The notes beneath the pieces were generated by a model, which was not told the origin of the DNA, did not search any database, and worked only from the letters and a program-made list of their open reading frames with translations. A program made the translations under genes and the position numbers. Positions 1-12,319 of a stretch of 64,000 nucleotides of DNA are shown here, piece after piece. This stretch comes from Octopus sinensis (lineage: Eukaryota): positions 3,720,001-3,784,000 of the forward strand of contig NC_043004.1 in assembly GCF_006345805.1 (NCBI RefSeq). Direction: 5' to 3'. Numbering within the stretch: position 1 is the first letter of the stretch; each line of letters starts with the position of its first letter.

Positions 1-178
1 CCGGCGATAGATGAAAATCCACGAAGTAGAAACAGTACTGTATATTTTTTGATATTATTTTTATAATTTGTATACATTTATTTTATTATAAATGCAAACC
101 AACACCACGGAAGAATCGACGTAAGCTTAAATAATAAACCGCGATAGGTGAATCGCGATAAGACAAGGAATTCTAGTA
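1..178 (+). mobile_element. pogo/Tigger-like MITE (left end outside window)
   Basis: Shares gcgata..tgaaaatcc.cgaagtagaaacagtactgta with 4580-4630 and the aaccgcgataggtgaa.cgcgata end with 7115-7140. Confidence 0.65.
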
Positions 179-369
179 TTCAAATCGTCAGGTCGGTATT
201 TCCGTTTTCGCGTCATCCAATTGTACGCTCCACAGATTTCCTCATCAATGTGTATGTACATTGGGTGTGTATGTTTGTATTTCTCGTTTTTAATTATTTG
301 ATCTTCCTGAAAGGAGAAATATTTTGTATTACAAATAAACAAACCTGTTCACTGAAATTTTGTTCACAA

Positions 370-718
370 AAGTGATAAGAGCTACAAGTTAGACTGGAAA
401 AGTCTCGCTTATTAAATAAAAGCTACTCAAAGTTCAAGGCTCTCCAAATTGCCGCTTAATCATTAACTAACGCAGCCACGTGAACTAATAGTTAATGGTA
501 TAAATATGAATTTGTAATTGAGGTAGAGAAGTTACAATATTCAGGGCAGTTTTCCATAAATATTCTTCTCACTGATTTTCGGAAGAATTGTCCATGTCTG
601 CAGGGCTTCTGATCTCTTTGTCGACGGGATTTTTTTCCTGATCGAAATGGCAGCAGCAGAATCTTGGCAGAAGCTTTGATAGAAATATTCCACCAATATT
701 CTAGTCCTACTATAGTTG
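370..718 (-). mobile_element. Second, older R4/Dong-like REL fragment in tandem with 807-1606
   Basis: LEYWWNISIKASAKI and KISEKNIYGKL..LLYLNYKFIFIP align with the adjacent copy. Confidence 0.7.
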
Positions 719-806
719 TATGTATGTATGTATGTATGTAGGTAGGTAGGTAGGTAGGTAGGTAGGTAGGTAGGTAGGTGGGTGGGTATGTTTGCATGTA
801 TGTATG

Positions 807-1606
807 TCATTGCTAAGTTTAATTTCAAGACTTCTTGCCGGTAGAGAAAGAGCCGCTTTCTAACCTAGATTCAAGGCTCCTTCATTAAAATTTCAATATC
901 AACAACAGGGTATTTTTTATTTGTATGTATGCATAGGTGCCGGTTTGTATGTTTTGCTTTATGTATGTATTCTCATTCATATAGTTACATATCTACACAT
1001 GCTCATATATATTTAAATGATAAACTTCTGGAAAGTTTTACAGATTTTTACAGTTCCAGTGATGGATTGGATCTGTAGTTTTCGAATTAGCTTTCTCCTT
1101 TCTGGTTTTGAGAAGCCTAATTTCTCGAGATTGGTATTTAGGCAGTGTGTTACACATCACAGGACCCCAATAATTACAGGTAAAAACTTGAACTTGTAAT
1201 CTGGATAGAGTAACTGCAGATTTCTCAATAGTTCAGCATAGGTGTTCCCTTTTTCACTGATCTTCAGCTTTATGTTAACACCCGTTAGGCAGCTAATTTC
1301 CACAACTGCACACAATTTCCTCTTCTCTATCCCAAATCATAATATCAGGTCTGTTGTGCTTACATTTTATTGAGCTCTTCACTGGGACATTCCACCAGTA
1401 TTCCTTTACATTATGAGTGGTTATCGCTTCTACCATGCTGTTGCTTCTTATTTCTTTGTCCTCTGGGTTATCCTTCCGGCGGATCTCGTTATACAGTGTC
1501 CGAGCTACAAAATCATGTCTCATCGGTAGATAATACCGTGATAACATTTTCGGACAACTGCTTATGATGTGAATGATATCTTCGGTGTTAACTCCACAAA
1601 GTCTTC
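807..1606 (-). mobile_element. R4/Dong-like non-LTR retrotransposon 3' fragment (CCHC finger + REL endonuclease + 3' UTR)
   Basis: RLCGVNTEDIIHIISSC, RHDFVA and EYWWNV..KHNRPDIMIWD, then after a frameshift LCAVVEISC..N..K...K..Y..L..NLQ.LYP..VIIG..KICKTF*. Flanked by TATG-type microsatellites. Confidence 0.85.
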
Positions 1607-1794
1607 TATGTATGTATGGAGGGATGGATGGATGGATGGATGAATTCAACAACGGGGACATGGCAGTGTGGTTAAGAAGCAGTTCGGCAAAAAAAAACGC
1701 TAATACTTAGTGCGCACGCACAGCAGAGTCGAAGGTCAGTCTATGGCCAGCGGCTTCACTCTGCGCGCTTTAGTTTCATTATTAGACTCTTATT

Positions 1795-1987
1795 CTTTTC
1801 TTTTATTTGTTTCGGTCATTTGACTGCGGCCATGCTGGAGCACCGCCTTTAGTTGAATGAATCGACCCTATGACTTATTCTTTGTGAGACTAGTACTTAT
1901 TCTCTCGGTTTCTTTTGCCGAACCGCTAAATTTACGGGGACGTAAACACACCAACATCGGTTGTCAAGCGATAGTGGAGGAACACAG

Positions 1988-2036
<49 letters not shown>

Positions 2037-2200
2037 TACACTACGGTTGTCTTTCAGTTTCCGTCTACCAAATCTACTCACAAGGCTTTAGTCGACCCGA
2101 GGCTGTAGTACCAGAGATTTGCCCAAGGGGCCACGCAGTGGGACTGAACCCGGAACCATGTGGTTGAGAAGCAAGCCTCTTATCAAACAGCCACGCCTGC
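1795..2200 (-). mobile_element. tRNA-derived SINE family A (Octopus OK/OR-like), full length
   Basis: Head with A/B boxes (tggctgtgtggt, ggttcagtccc), central cttgggcaagtgtc, internal (CA)/(TA) tract, and tail ggcggtgctccagcatggccgcagtcaaatgactgaaac. Confidence 0.85.
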
Positions 2201-2278
2201 CTCGATAACAGTCCGGATACTTCTTGATCAGACCTCGTATATGAATGTTTCTATACACATATGTTCATATATATTATA

Positions 2279-2433
2279 GGCGCAGGAGTCGCTGTGTGGT
2301 AAGTAGCTTGCTTACCAACCACATCGTTCCGGGTTCAGTCCCACTGTGTGGCACCTTGGGCAAGTGTCTTCTAGTATAGCCTCAGGCCGACCAAAGCCTT
2401 GTGGGGGGATTTGGTGGAGGGAAAACGAAAGAA
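2279..2433 (+). mobile_element. SINE family A, head half
   Basis: ggcgcaggagtcgctgtgtggtaagtagcttgc...ttgggcaagtgtcttc. Confidence 0.8.
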
Positions 2434-3601
2434 GACAGGCGCGCGCGCGCGCGCGCGTGTGTGTGTGTGCATCAGTACGTCATAAGCGTGGAACCTGTCT
2501 CTCGGACTGAATTGTGCGTCTTAGGAGAGTTATCTTTACGTATGCAATTGTGTGGGTGCGTTTAATTTCTGTGTGAGTGTGTATGTGTATAGAAACGAGC
2601 ATGCAGTAACGCTGCGTGATATGAACATGTGTGCAGTATGTGTTAGATCGGTCTGTCATCCCAGGACGCGTAAACGCAATTCTCTATGTTGTTCTGTGTG
2701 TGTGTGTACGAATGTATATGTGTCTATCTGTGTGTTGGAGAGAGAGTAAGAGAGAGATGGATTGTGACACTAACTGGGAACGAGTTCAAACAAAGAGCAG
2801 TCGTTCTCTGTGTTCTACCGTTGTGTATTTCTCTCGGAACCGTCAATGCCAAACTGTTATTCTCTTTGTGATGTCATCCACAGCCACGTTGTTGTCACAC
2901 GTCACAATACAAACGCTGACACCATTCCTCTATTTATCACATCCATCGCCAATACAACCCCTGCTACCATCACCACCACTGCAACACCACCGCCAACACT
3001 ATCCCCATCAATGCTATCAGCCCTAACGTCACCAGAGTCAATGGGAGAGCCGCTACGTGGTCGCTAAACTGGCTAGAAATAGTGACCAAATCATCTTTAA
3101 ACCACTTTTTACCGTTTTAGTATAGAGACTCGATAGATAATGTGCTCCTCGGTTCCTGCAAATAGGAACAAACAGGTTGGCCATGGTTGGATTGCCTTTG
3201 GTCTTAGGTCTACCGAACCAAGGATGGCTAGAGTCTAAACCACAATTAGTACTGCCATGCGTTACCATCACCGTCAACGTTACAATCGCCACTCTCATCA
3301 TGTTTATATCCACCAAAATGAACAAGCCTCCATCTGCTCGGCCGGTGACAAGAACAATAACAACGTAGTTCTATATTTAAGAGATGAGGAATTATGTACA
3401 CTGTTTACATTTGACGGATATTTGTCCTCATCTTTGTTAACACGGACATATGGCGTAGTGGTAAAGAGCGCGCCTACTAACCCCAAGATTCTGAGTTCGA
3501 TTTCAAACAGTGACCTAAATAATAATAATAATAATAACAACAACAACCTCGAAAAAATACCTTAGGAATGAGAACCCAGGTTCAAAATTTCCCCAAGAAA
3601 C

Positions 3602-3642
3602 CTGATGAAGACTGGAGGGTATATCAGCCGAAACGTTGTGTT
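3602..3642 (+). ncRNA. Type I minimal hammerhead ribozyme motif (Penelope-type) in a tRNA-headed element
   Basis: CUGAUGA-A-GACUG[gagggtatat]CAGCC-GAAAC-GUU-GUGUU. The core is intact, stem II has one mismatch, and stem I is weakened (AGAAAC vs GUGUU). Confidence 0.6.
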
Positions 3643-3775
3643 AACAAACAAGATGAGGACAAATATCCGCCAAATGTAAATAATGTAAATAACAACGTAC
3701 ACAGACACTGGGATGCAAGTATACATAGATATATGTATGGGAGTCAAGAACTTCAATGAAGTTCCTATTCAAAAG

Positions 3776-4087
3776 TGTGAAGGCGCGTAGTTTAGTGGTA
3801 CTCGGCTCACAAGGTCACGAGTTCGATTCCCGGCGGAGCGTTCTGTCCTTGAACAAGATATTTTATTTTTCGTTGTTCCAATCTACTCAGCTAGCAAAAA
3901 TGAGTTGTACCTGTAATTCAATGGGAGGCCAGCATTGTCACATTCTGAGTCACGCTGAATCTCCCTGAGGGTTACGTTAAGGATACGCGTTTCTGCGGAG
4001 TACTCAACCACTTGCACATTATTTTCAAGAACAGGCTGTTCCGTAAATCGGATCATCTTGAACACTCGTCGTCGTAACCGACGGAAT
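3776..4087 (+). mobile_element. SINE family C (tRNA head, gtccttgagcaagacact-type central domain)
   Basis: gaaggcgcgtag.ttagtgg A box, gagttcgattcc B box, and tail cgtcgtcgtaaccgacgga. Confidence 0.8.
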
Positions 4088-4542
4088 GCCAATAATCAAA
4101 AGCTCGCCCAGCAACAAAACTGCACCCCACTCCAATTAAAAATTATATGCAATGTAAACATAAAGAGACATAAATTAAATTCCCTATTAGACTCCGTAAT
4201 ACGATCCTTAAGCAAAATAATGAGTGTTAACACAGGTGTGCATGAGGGCCATATCCCTAACGATGGGGGCAGAGACAGCGACAGAACAACTTTCACAAAT
4301 TAATTAATTAGTCGTTGATACAATTGAAGTTAAATACGACCAGTGCGTGAGTTATATTGATAACATGACCATCACAAAGCAATTAACATTAAAAGGAATA
4401 TAAATTCAACATACATATACCTTGCGCGCGCACCCACACACACACACACATACACACATGTATCTGTCCACTTTTCAATGCTACACAAACCCCTGATGCA
4501 AACATGCAGTTAGGCACAAAGACAAGAATATGTCTCAATATA

Positions 4543-4700
4543 CAGTAATCCCTCAACTATCGCGGGTGTTACGTTCCAAAACAACCGTGGTAAGTGAAAA
4601 TCCGCGAAGTAGAAACAGTACTGTACTGTATATTTTTTTAATATATGATTTGAATATATATACTTTAATATAAATGCAAAACAGCACCATGAAGGCTTTT
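4543..4700 (+). mobile_element. Left end of pogo/Tigger-like DNA transposon
   Basis: TA|cagtaatccctcaactatcgcgg terminal inverted repeat. Same family as 1-178. Confidence 0.65.
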
Positions 4701-6635
4701 TTTTAGTCTATCCACTGATATCGTGTCTTTACGACCATTAAGGAAAATTTTATCTGTGCGTCAAAGAAAACAGAAAGGACCTGTGTACAGTGCTTTTAAC
4801 GGAGTTTTAACAACATCGTTGCACACAAAAACGTAAGTCCGAGAAATAAAGCTTCCTTCAAGGCAGAGCTAGAAATGCTTTTTGTTAAGAAAGAGGTTTT
4901 AAATAGGAGTATCATATTCAAAATTGGTAAAGCTAAAAATTGTCGAGGATAAATTGAATTTATTATTGTTACTGAATGTGTTAGTGTTATTTAATTTCTG
5001 AGCGGTTTTGCTGTCGTTTGTTTATGGAGTTTGATGTATTTATCTATCAGTTTCTACTAAAGTAGAGACGCGAGTAAAATTGATAACAGAGAAACGAAAA
5101 TAAAACTTTGGGAACAGCAACGCCACTACAGCTTACATGGAAACCATGAGCGTGCTTTCAAGGGAGATAATCAGAGAAAGACTTGAAAGTAAACGTAAGA
5201 TCTTAATACTTCATGTAAAACAAAGTAATATAACAAATAATCCAGAATCCTTGTCTGGTACCGGATCGATCCCAAAATCTAAGCAGTTTATGCCAGTCAC
5301 GAGGCATGTAATGGGATTGATTTCTTGATTAAGACCAAACTTTTCTCAAAGATGTCGCTTTATAGATAACTGCGAGGCATGAATAACCACACTACAGCCT
5401 TGAATTACGGAAGTAACAGAGTGTGTCTGGTGGTTACTTCCCTTTACATTCTGAGTTCACATCACGGCAGTTGAGTTGTCTCTCCTTCCCCCTCCCCCAC
5501 CTCCAGAACTGATTTTTAAAAATTACCAGTAATATACTCGATTCAGTCAAGTATACTCTTCTCAAAGTATACTTCTCTCTTATAGATGTGTTGCTTCCAC
5601 AATATGTCAGAATTTCACATCTTGTTCTCAGTTGTGAATTGTTTTCACATACGTTGCTATCGTCCAGCAAACGTCGCATAATTCCCGTTCTTCTAAAACA
5701 TCTTCGCAAATTTTAAAGAAAAAAAAATACCGATATTTAGTTTTAAACTTAACCTTCGCCAAATATTCTAAGTCTAAGGATTTTATCCCTCATCTCTTCT
5801 GCTTACTCTTTCAGTCTATATACGTGTGTACGTACGCGCGCGCGTGTGTGTATGTTTATATATGTGTATGTATGTATCTTGCTAGTCTTAATTATTGAAC
5901 TGCAGTCATGATGGAGCAGGACTTCAAACGTTTTAGTTGATTATAAAAGCAACAGTTCTTAGTAGTTTATTAAAAGACAAAGTTTGCTTCGGTGCAAAGT
6001 GGCGTAACCACAGGACATTTTTTTTTATTCTTTATCGATTCTACCATTACCAGCTGATGTGTGTGTATGTGTGTGAATTGGTGAACATTTGTGTTTAAAC
6101 TTAGGTTAATGTAAACTGTGTATATTTTATTAGATGCCTTTTCATGCAACCCGCTCTTCAAATATTCAAAAGATTAAACTTAGAGAAGCAGTATAAGACA
6201 TAAGCAAAAACATTCGCAAATCCATCGAAATATGAACAGTCAGCAGTATATAGAGATTTGATGGGGTAACGTAAAAATAAAATACTGGAAAGTGCGTTAC
6301 ACATTTATTCAATTTCCACGCGTGTCGTATGTAATAGTTTTGTCTATTTATAAGCAAAAGCCCGTGAATCGACTCTTTTCGGAATCTTGTATAAACACAA
6401 ATAAGCAAAGGGGCAGCTACAGTGAATAAATGTATGCGATTTTTATGGCTATCTTTAAGGGTATACTAAATTCGGTGTTGAATTCTGATTTCCTGTTCAA
6501 TATAGCAAAAGGTTATAACAAAATGTGATATTTTTCTGAGAGACAAGGATCACACCTTCAGGAGTCAATACAATAGAAAAAAGAAGCGTGATCTATAATG
6601 GACTAAACACACACACACAAACACGTGTGTCTATG

Positions 6636-6702
<67 letters not shown>

Positions 6703-6779
6703 TGAGCGCCATACTAATACAATTGTTTGTTTGTTTACCACCTGCCTTCGTCTTTTGTCTATTTTCATAAAGCTTCCCG

Positions 6780-6827
<48 letters not shown>

Positions 6828-6830
<3 letters not shown>

Positions 6831-7080
6831 CGCAAGTGACTGTGTGGTAAGAAGCTTGCTTCACTACCACCATGGTTCCGGGTTCAGAGTCACTGCGTGA
6901 TATTCTTGGGCAATTGTCTTCTATAGCCTCAGGCTAACCATTGCTTTGTGAGTGGATTTGGTAGAAGGAAATTGAAAGAATACCGTCATATATATGTGTG
7001 TGTTTGTGCGTGTGTATGTGTGCGTTTGCGTCTTTGTTTGTCCTTCAAACATTGCTTGACAACCGGAGCTGGTATGTTTA
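6828..7080 (+). mobile_element. SINE family A, 3'-truncated
   Basis: Same head and central motifs. Confidence 0.8.
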
Positions 7081-7094
7081 TATATATTAGCCAG

Positions 7095-7154
7095 ATAAAT
7101 CCGCAGTGTACTGAGTGCGCGATAGGTGAACCGCGATATGGCGAGAGATTACTC
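7095..7154 (+). mobile_element. Right end of pogo/Tigger-like DNA transposon
   Basis: ccgcgatatggcgagagattactc|TA is the approximate reverse complement of the 4543 terminus. Confidence 0.55.
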
Positions 7155-7174
7155 TATGTCTCCGAAGTACTTAT

Positions 7175-7548
7175 TGCTATACTCTTTTACTTGTTTCAGT
7201 CATTTGACTGCGGCCATGCTGGAGCACCGCCTTTAGTCGAGCAAATCAACCCCGGGACTTATTCTATCGATCTCTTTTGCCGAACTGCTAAGTGACGGGG
7301 ACGTAAACACACCAGCATCGGTTGTCAAGCAATGCTAGGGGGACAAACACAAACACACACACACACATATATATATACATATATACGACAGGCTTCTTTC
7401 AGTTTCCGTCTACCAAATCCACTCACAAGGCATTGGTCGGCCCGGGGCTATAGTAGAAGACATTTGCCCAAGATGCCACGCAGTGGGACTGAACCCGGAA
7501 CCATGTGGTTGGTTAGCAAGCTACTTACCACACAGCCACTCCTGCGCC
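7175..7548 (-). mobile_element. SINE family A, full length
   Basis: Close match to the family motifs along its length. Confidence 0.85.
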
Positions 7549-7891
7549 TCATAATTATTCTTTGTATATCTCGTCTCATTTTAATTATTAATGTTTGATT
7601 CTAAAATTAGATCACTTACAAAGACATTCGATCTGCACAGAGAGAAACGGCATTTAATTTTTTTTTCTTCTTTTTTGTTTGGTGCCAGTAGCTGTCAACG
7701 ATTATTGAAACTACAGCAAACAGCAACGCTCGCATCTATACAAACCAGGAGTGCTCTCATCCTGATCTCTTCCTCGCCTGCTGATGAAGGTGTGGTATAT
7801 ATATATAATTTTATGACTACTTTTCTGTTCGAGACATGGATTTATGTCCTGTAAAAGCATATAAATAAAAGGAATGGTTATTTTAGTATAT

Positions 7892-8407
7892 ATTAGTAGT
7901 ATAACCTGGCTTTGCCCGGGATTAAGTTAGAATTATTGAGCTAATCAAGTTCAATTTTTCAAACCAAACTAAGTAACATCGACGTCAAATTTGGGCGAAA
8001 TCCTTTGAAATTGGCTTATATATATAGAGAGAGAGAGGGGGGGCAACACAGACATACAGATACGTACATACATACACCTATTGCATACATGTTTTTGTAC
8101 GCATACATGTTCGTGTGTGTTGCCCGTATATCAACAAAACACTTTTTTCTTCGATGGAAAAAAACAAGAATCTTAACAAAAACTTACTCGTCGCTAGAAG
8201 GGGACTTAACTTCTGTTTGCAAACAATGGTGATTTCTCCGACTTGAAAATTGTTAAAAGCTTTGGTTGAAAATTTATTTTTACTGCTATTCGCTGATGCC
8301 TCTGGTAAAAATAAGTTGACGAAAATACAGCTAGGATCATGACGAATATCCTCCTAAAATTGGAGCTATACGCGTGCTAATTTGTGGACGTGCATAAATT
8401 ACATTCA

Positions 8408-8479
<72 letters not shown>

Positions 8480-8496
8480 CTTTTATATATACAGAT
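7892..8496 (+). mobile_element. Diverged Lep1/HINE-like element
   Basis: 5' attagtagtataacctggctttgcccggg; 3' (CA)n ctgccttttatatatacagat. Confidence 0.5.
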
Positions 8497-8504
8497 TATG
8501 TTGG

Positions 8505-9012
8505 CGCAGTTCCGAGTTCAGTCCTACGGCTTGACACCTTGAGCAAGTATCTTCTACTATAGCTTCCAGTAGAGCTGACCCTAGGGTTGCTGGCGCTCCA
8601 GGCAAGCTGAACTTTGGCGTGAACAAGCTAACGGTCGTGGAAATGCCCATGTTTTTGTCACTCCCTCCTTGACGCCCCTAGCACATGGTGCCACGAGTAA
8701 CTGCTCGAGTTGCCGGTACCTTGAGCCGGCCCTGGCCTCCAGTCGGCTAAAGAGTTGTGAGTGGAGCTGGTAGACGGAAACTGAAAGAAGCCCGTCGTAC
8801 ACGTGTGTGTCTTTGTGTCTGTGTTTGTTCCCCACCACTGCTTAACAACCGGTGTTGATTTGCTTACGTTCCCGCAACTTAGCAGTTCGGCAAAAGAGCC
8901 CGATAAAGTAGATACCAGGCTTCAAAAAATAAGTACGGTGTTCGATTCCTTCGACTAAAATTCTTCAAAGCAGTGCCCCAGCTTGGCCGCAGTCTAAAGA
9001 CTGAAGGAAATA
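8505..9012 (+). mobile_element. SINE family A interrupted by a MITE
   Basis: Head remnant at 8505-8560; body and tail at 8743-9012. Confidence 0.75.
8570..8734. mobile_element. hAT-like MITE inserted in a SINE
   Basis: 8-bp target duplication gcttccag (8562-8569) / gcctccag (8735-8742). Degenerate TIRs tagagctgaccctagg / ccttgagccggccctg. Confidence 0.55.
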
Positions 9013-9803
9013 AAAGACATGTATATACACGCACTTACATGCGTATACACACACATGCGTATACACACACGTGTATACACTCATGTACACACACACACAC
9101 ACATATAAACACACACATGCGTATACACACATGTACACACACACACATGTACACACATGTACACACACACACACACACACACGTGGTAATTCATATAAGC
9201 ATATTCACCTCATACCAACACGCAGTAATTTTAAATAAATCAACACATCCAACCACGTGCGCGTGGGCACACACAAACGCATTCCACATTCACCGGCAGA
9301 TCGAAAGGCACCCAGATATTGACGGTTATCGATGTATATAATTTCATACGATATTAATTCAATCACATTGATTAACTATAAGAATGATATACACACATCT
9401 TCCTCTTCATCGTCATCATCATCATCAGTAGCAGCAGCATCAACAGCAACAACAATACTAGTATTTTTTGTGCTCGTTCTACTGTCCTTTTTATTACAGC
9501 TTATATCATGGTGTGTGTTTATATATATATATAAATATATATGGAAAGAGGGAGAGGTGTACGTACGCTCGTGCGAATGCTTTTGTGTGTGTGTGTGTGT
9601 GTGGTGTGTGTGTGTGTGTGTGTGTAAAGGTGGGGTGTGTTAATAATCTTACTGTTTGAAATAATAAAAGAAAGTTCCTCGCCGTCGCTTTTAAATGCAT
9701 ACAACTGCTTCGGCTGCAGTTGTATTCGACATCTCCCTTTCTCTCCCACTCTTCTTTCTCATTTTCTCTCTCTATCTATCTATCTATCTATATCTATCCC
9801 TGT

Positions 9804-9867
<64 letters not shown>

Positions 9868-10565
9868 TCTATCTCTTCCTCTTTCTTTCTCTCTCTCTAC
9901 TTTCTCACTGTCGCTCCCCTATCTCTCTATCTCTATCTGTTCACCTCCAACCGCTTTGTCGGATTTATATTAATTCTGGCGAATGAACAACGAACTGAAG
10001 AAGAAAGGAGGCAACGAGATGAAGCTTAGCATGGGTTGTCTCGGAGGCTGGTTGTATAAGAGTGGCGGGGGGTTGGGTGGGAGAGGTGGAAGAGAAAAAG
10101 AAGAAGAGGTAGACAAGTAGCAGGAGAAGTGGGGGGGGAGAAGGGAATATAATGCAGTGTTGACGCTCGTGCTGCTGTTGTTGGTGTCAACGCTGGTCTT
10201 CCTGATGATGGCTGTGTGTGCGTGTGCGTGCGTGCGTGTGTGTGTGTTTGAGGTGATGGTGAGCAAGAAGCGCCGGTTGCTTGCCGATTCGGCTCTGTTG
10301 ACGACGCTAGCAGCCATTCAGATCGCGTTGATTGCGCGTCTTTTAGTCATCCCTTCGGGGTGTTTATGCCTAGAAGATTTCCCTGATTCACTTTGGCGAC
10401 GTTACCCTCAGGCAATGTCAATCTTCTCATGTTCCTCACTATTCTTCATCTTCTTCTTCTTCTTCTTCTTCATGTTCTTCATTTACTTTTCTTGCGGACA
10501 TCTCGGAAGGAGGAGAAGAGTCGCCGAAAACTGACAGCATTGTTTTCTATATCATATACTCATTC

Positions 10566-10674
<109 letters not shown>

Positions 10675-10921
10675 TATATATATATATATCCGTGTTTGTG
10701 TGTATACACGCAGATATACACACACATGCTTATACATACACTCGCCTATGTACACACACACACACACACATATATTCCGGCTTTGTAAGCATACAATAAT
10801 CATACGCAAAACATGTTGGGATTACAAATACCATTATACATACACATACACATGTACATGCAAGCATTCACACACATACATATATATGTGTGTGTGTGTG
10901 TGTGTCTGTCTGTCTGTCTGT

Positions 10922-10956
<35 letters not shown>

Positions 10957-11029
10957 CATACATTCCACATCCGAACACACAAACCCGGAGCAATGAAATG
11001 CTATACACGCATGTAGAATTGGTTGAGTG

Positions 11030-11066
<37 letters not shown>

Positions 11067-11444
11067 CTATTATCTAATCCTGTGTTTGTCCGTCCTTTGT
11101 CACTTTGGCTGGTCTGTTTGTTGATTTGGCCGAAACGACTTCGTTGTCAACAACATTATCAAACAACACTCAACAACATTATCGATGCCAACGTCCGAAG
11201 TTTCCCTGACCTCGGTTATTAAACCTACAAAAACACAAACATATCACAGTTTGCGTTCTTGTTGTTGTTCTGTGCATGTTGTACATGATGCATATACACA
11301 CACATACGTACGCGTGCGTACGCAAATATGCATAACTAGTTTTCTTACGCGGTTGTCTATACGTGGTCTCATGTCCTGCTAGAAATAGCAAATACATTCA
11401 CTACTTCGAATCACATTTTGTCACATTAGAGAGAACCAATTTAG

Positions 11445-11832
11445 ATAAAGGCGGCGAGCTGGCAGAAACGTTAGCACGCCGGGCGAAATGCTTAGCGGTA
11501 TTTCATCTGTCTTTACGTTCTGAGTTCAAATTCCGGAGCGGTCGACTTTGCCTTTCATCCTTTCGGGGTCGATAAATTGAGTACCAGTTACGCACTGGGG
11601 TCGATATAATAGACTTAATCTGTTTGTCTGTCCTTGTTTGTCCCCTCTGTGTTTAGCCCCTTGTGGGTAGTAAAGAAATAGGTATTTCGTCTGTCTTTAC
11701 GTTCTGATTTCAAATTCCGCCTTTCATCCTTTCGGGGTCGATAAATTAAGTACCAGTTGCGTACTGGGGTCGATATAATCGACTGGCCGCTTCCCCCAAA
11801 ATTTCAGGCCTTCTGCCAAGAGTAGAAACGAA
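11445..11832 (+). mobile_element. SINE family B (Nin-domain-like) with internal tandem duplication
   Basis: ggcggcgagctggcagaaacgttagc head; cctttcatcctttcggggtcgataaatt.agtaccagtt occurs twice. Confidence 0.8.
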
Positions 11833-11958
11833 TCTAGATAAATGGTTCTCTTTTTGTCACTTTTAATCGTCAGAAGACGCAAAGTGACTTAAGGACTGGC
11901 AGTTTCGCTCACGAAACTCTTGACCTGAGAATCACTTTGTACTCATGCCACTTAACAA

Positions 11959-11990
<32 letters not shown>

Positions 11991-11993
<3 letters not shown>

Positions 11994-12319
11994 GGCGCAT
12001 GGCTCAGTGGTTAGGGCGTCGGGCTCGTAATCATGAGATAATGAGTTTGATTACCGGCCCGGGTTGTGTGTGGTGTTCTTTATCCCACGCTGCTCCAGTT
12101 CCCTCAGCTGTAGAAATGAGTTGCGACGTCTCAGGTGCCAGGCTGTATTGGCCCCTTTGCCTTTCCCTTAGATAACATCGGTGACGCGGCGAGGGGAGAC
12201 AGGTGTGCTTGGGCAACAGCTGATCTTTCATAAACAACCTTGCCCGGACTTGTGCCTCGGAAGGGGAACTTTCTATGTTCAATCCCATGGTCATTCATGA
12301 CCGAAGGGGGTCTTTATCC

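Noticed and set aside
2810-3067. Thr/Pro-rich 85-aa ORF
   Set aside because: Built from (ACC/CCA)-rich low-complexity sequence and ends in a repeat fragment. No splice or homology support.
3444-3515. tRNA gene
   Set aside because: A and B boxes are present, but there is no full cloverleaf or acceptor stem. Treated as a SINE-type head, as are the heads of families A, C and D.
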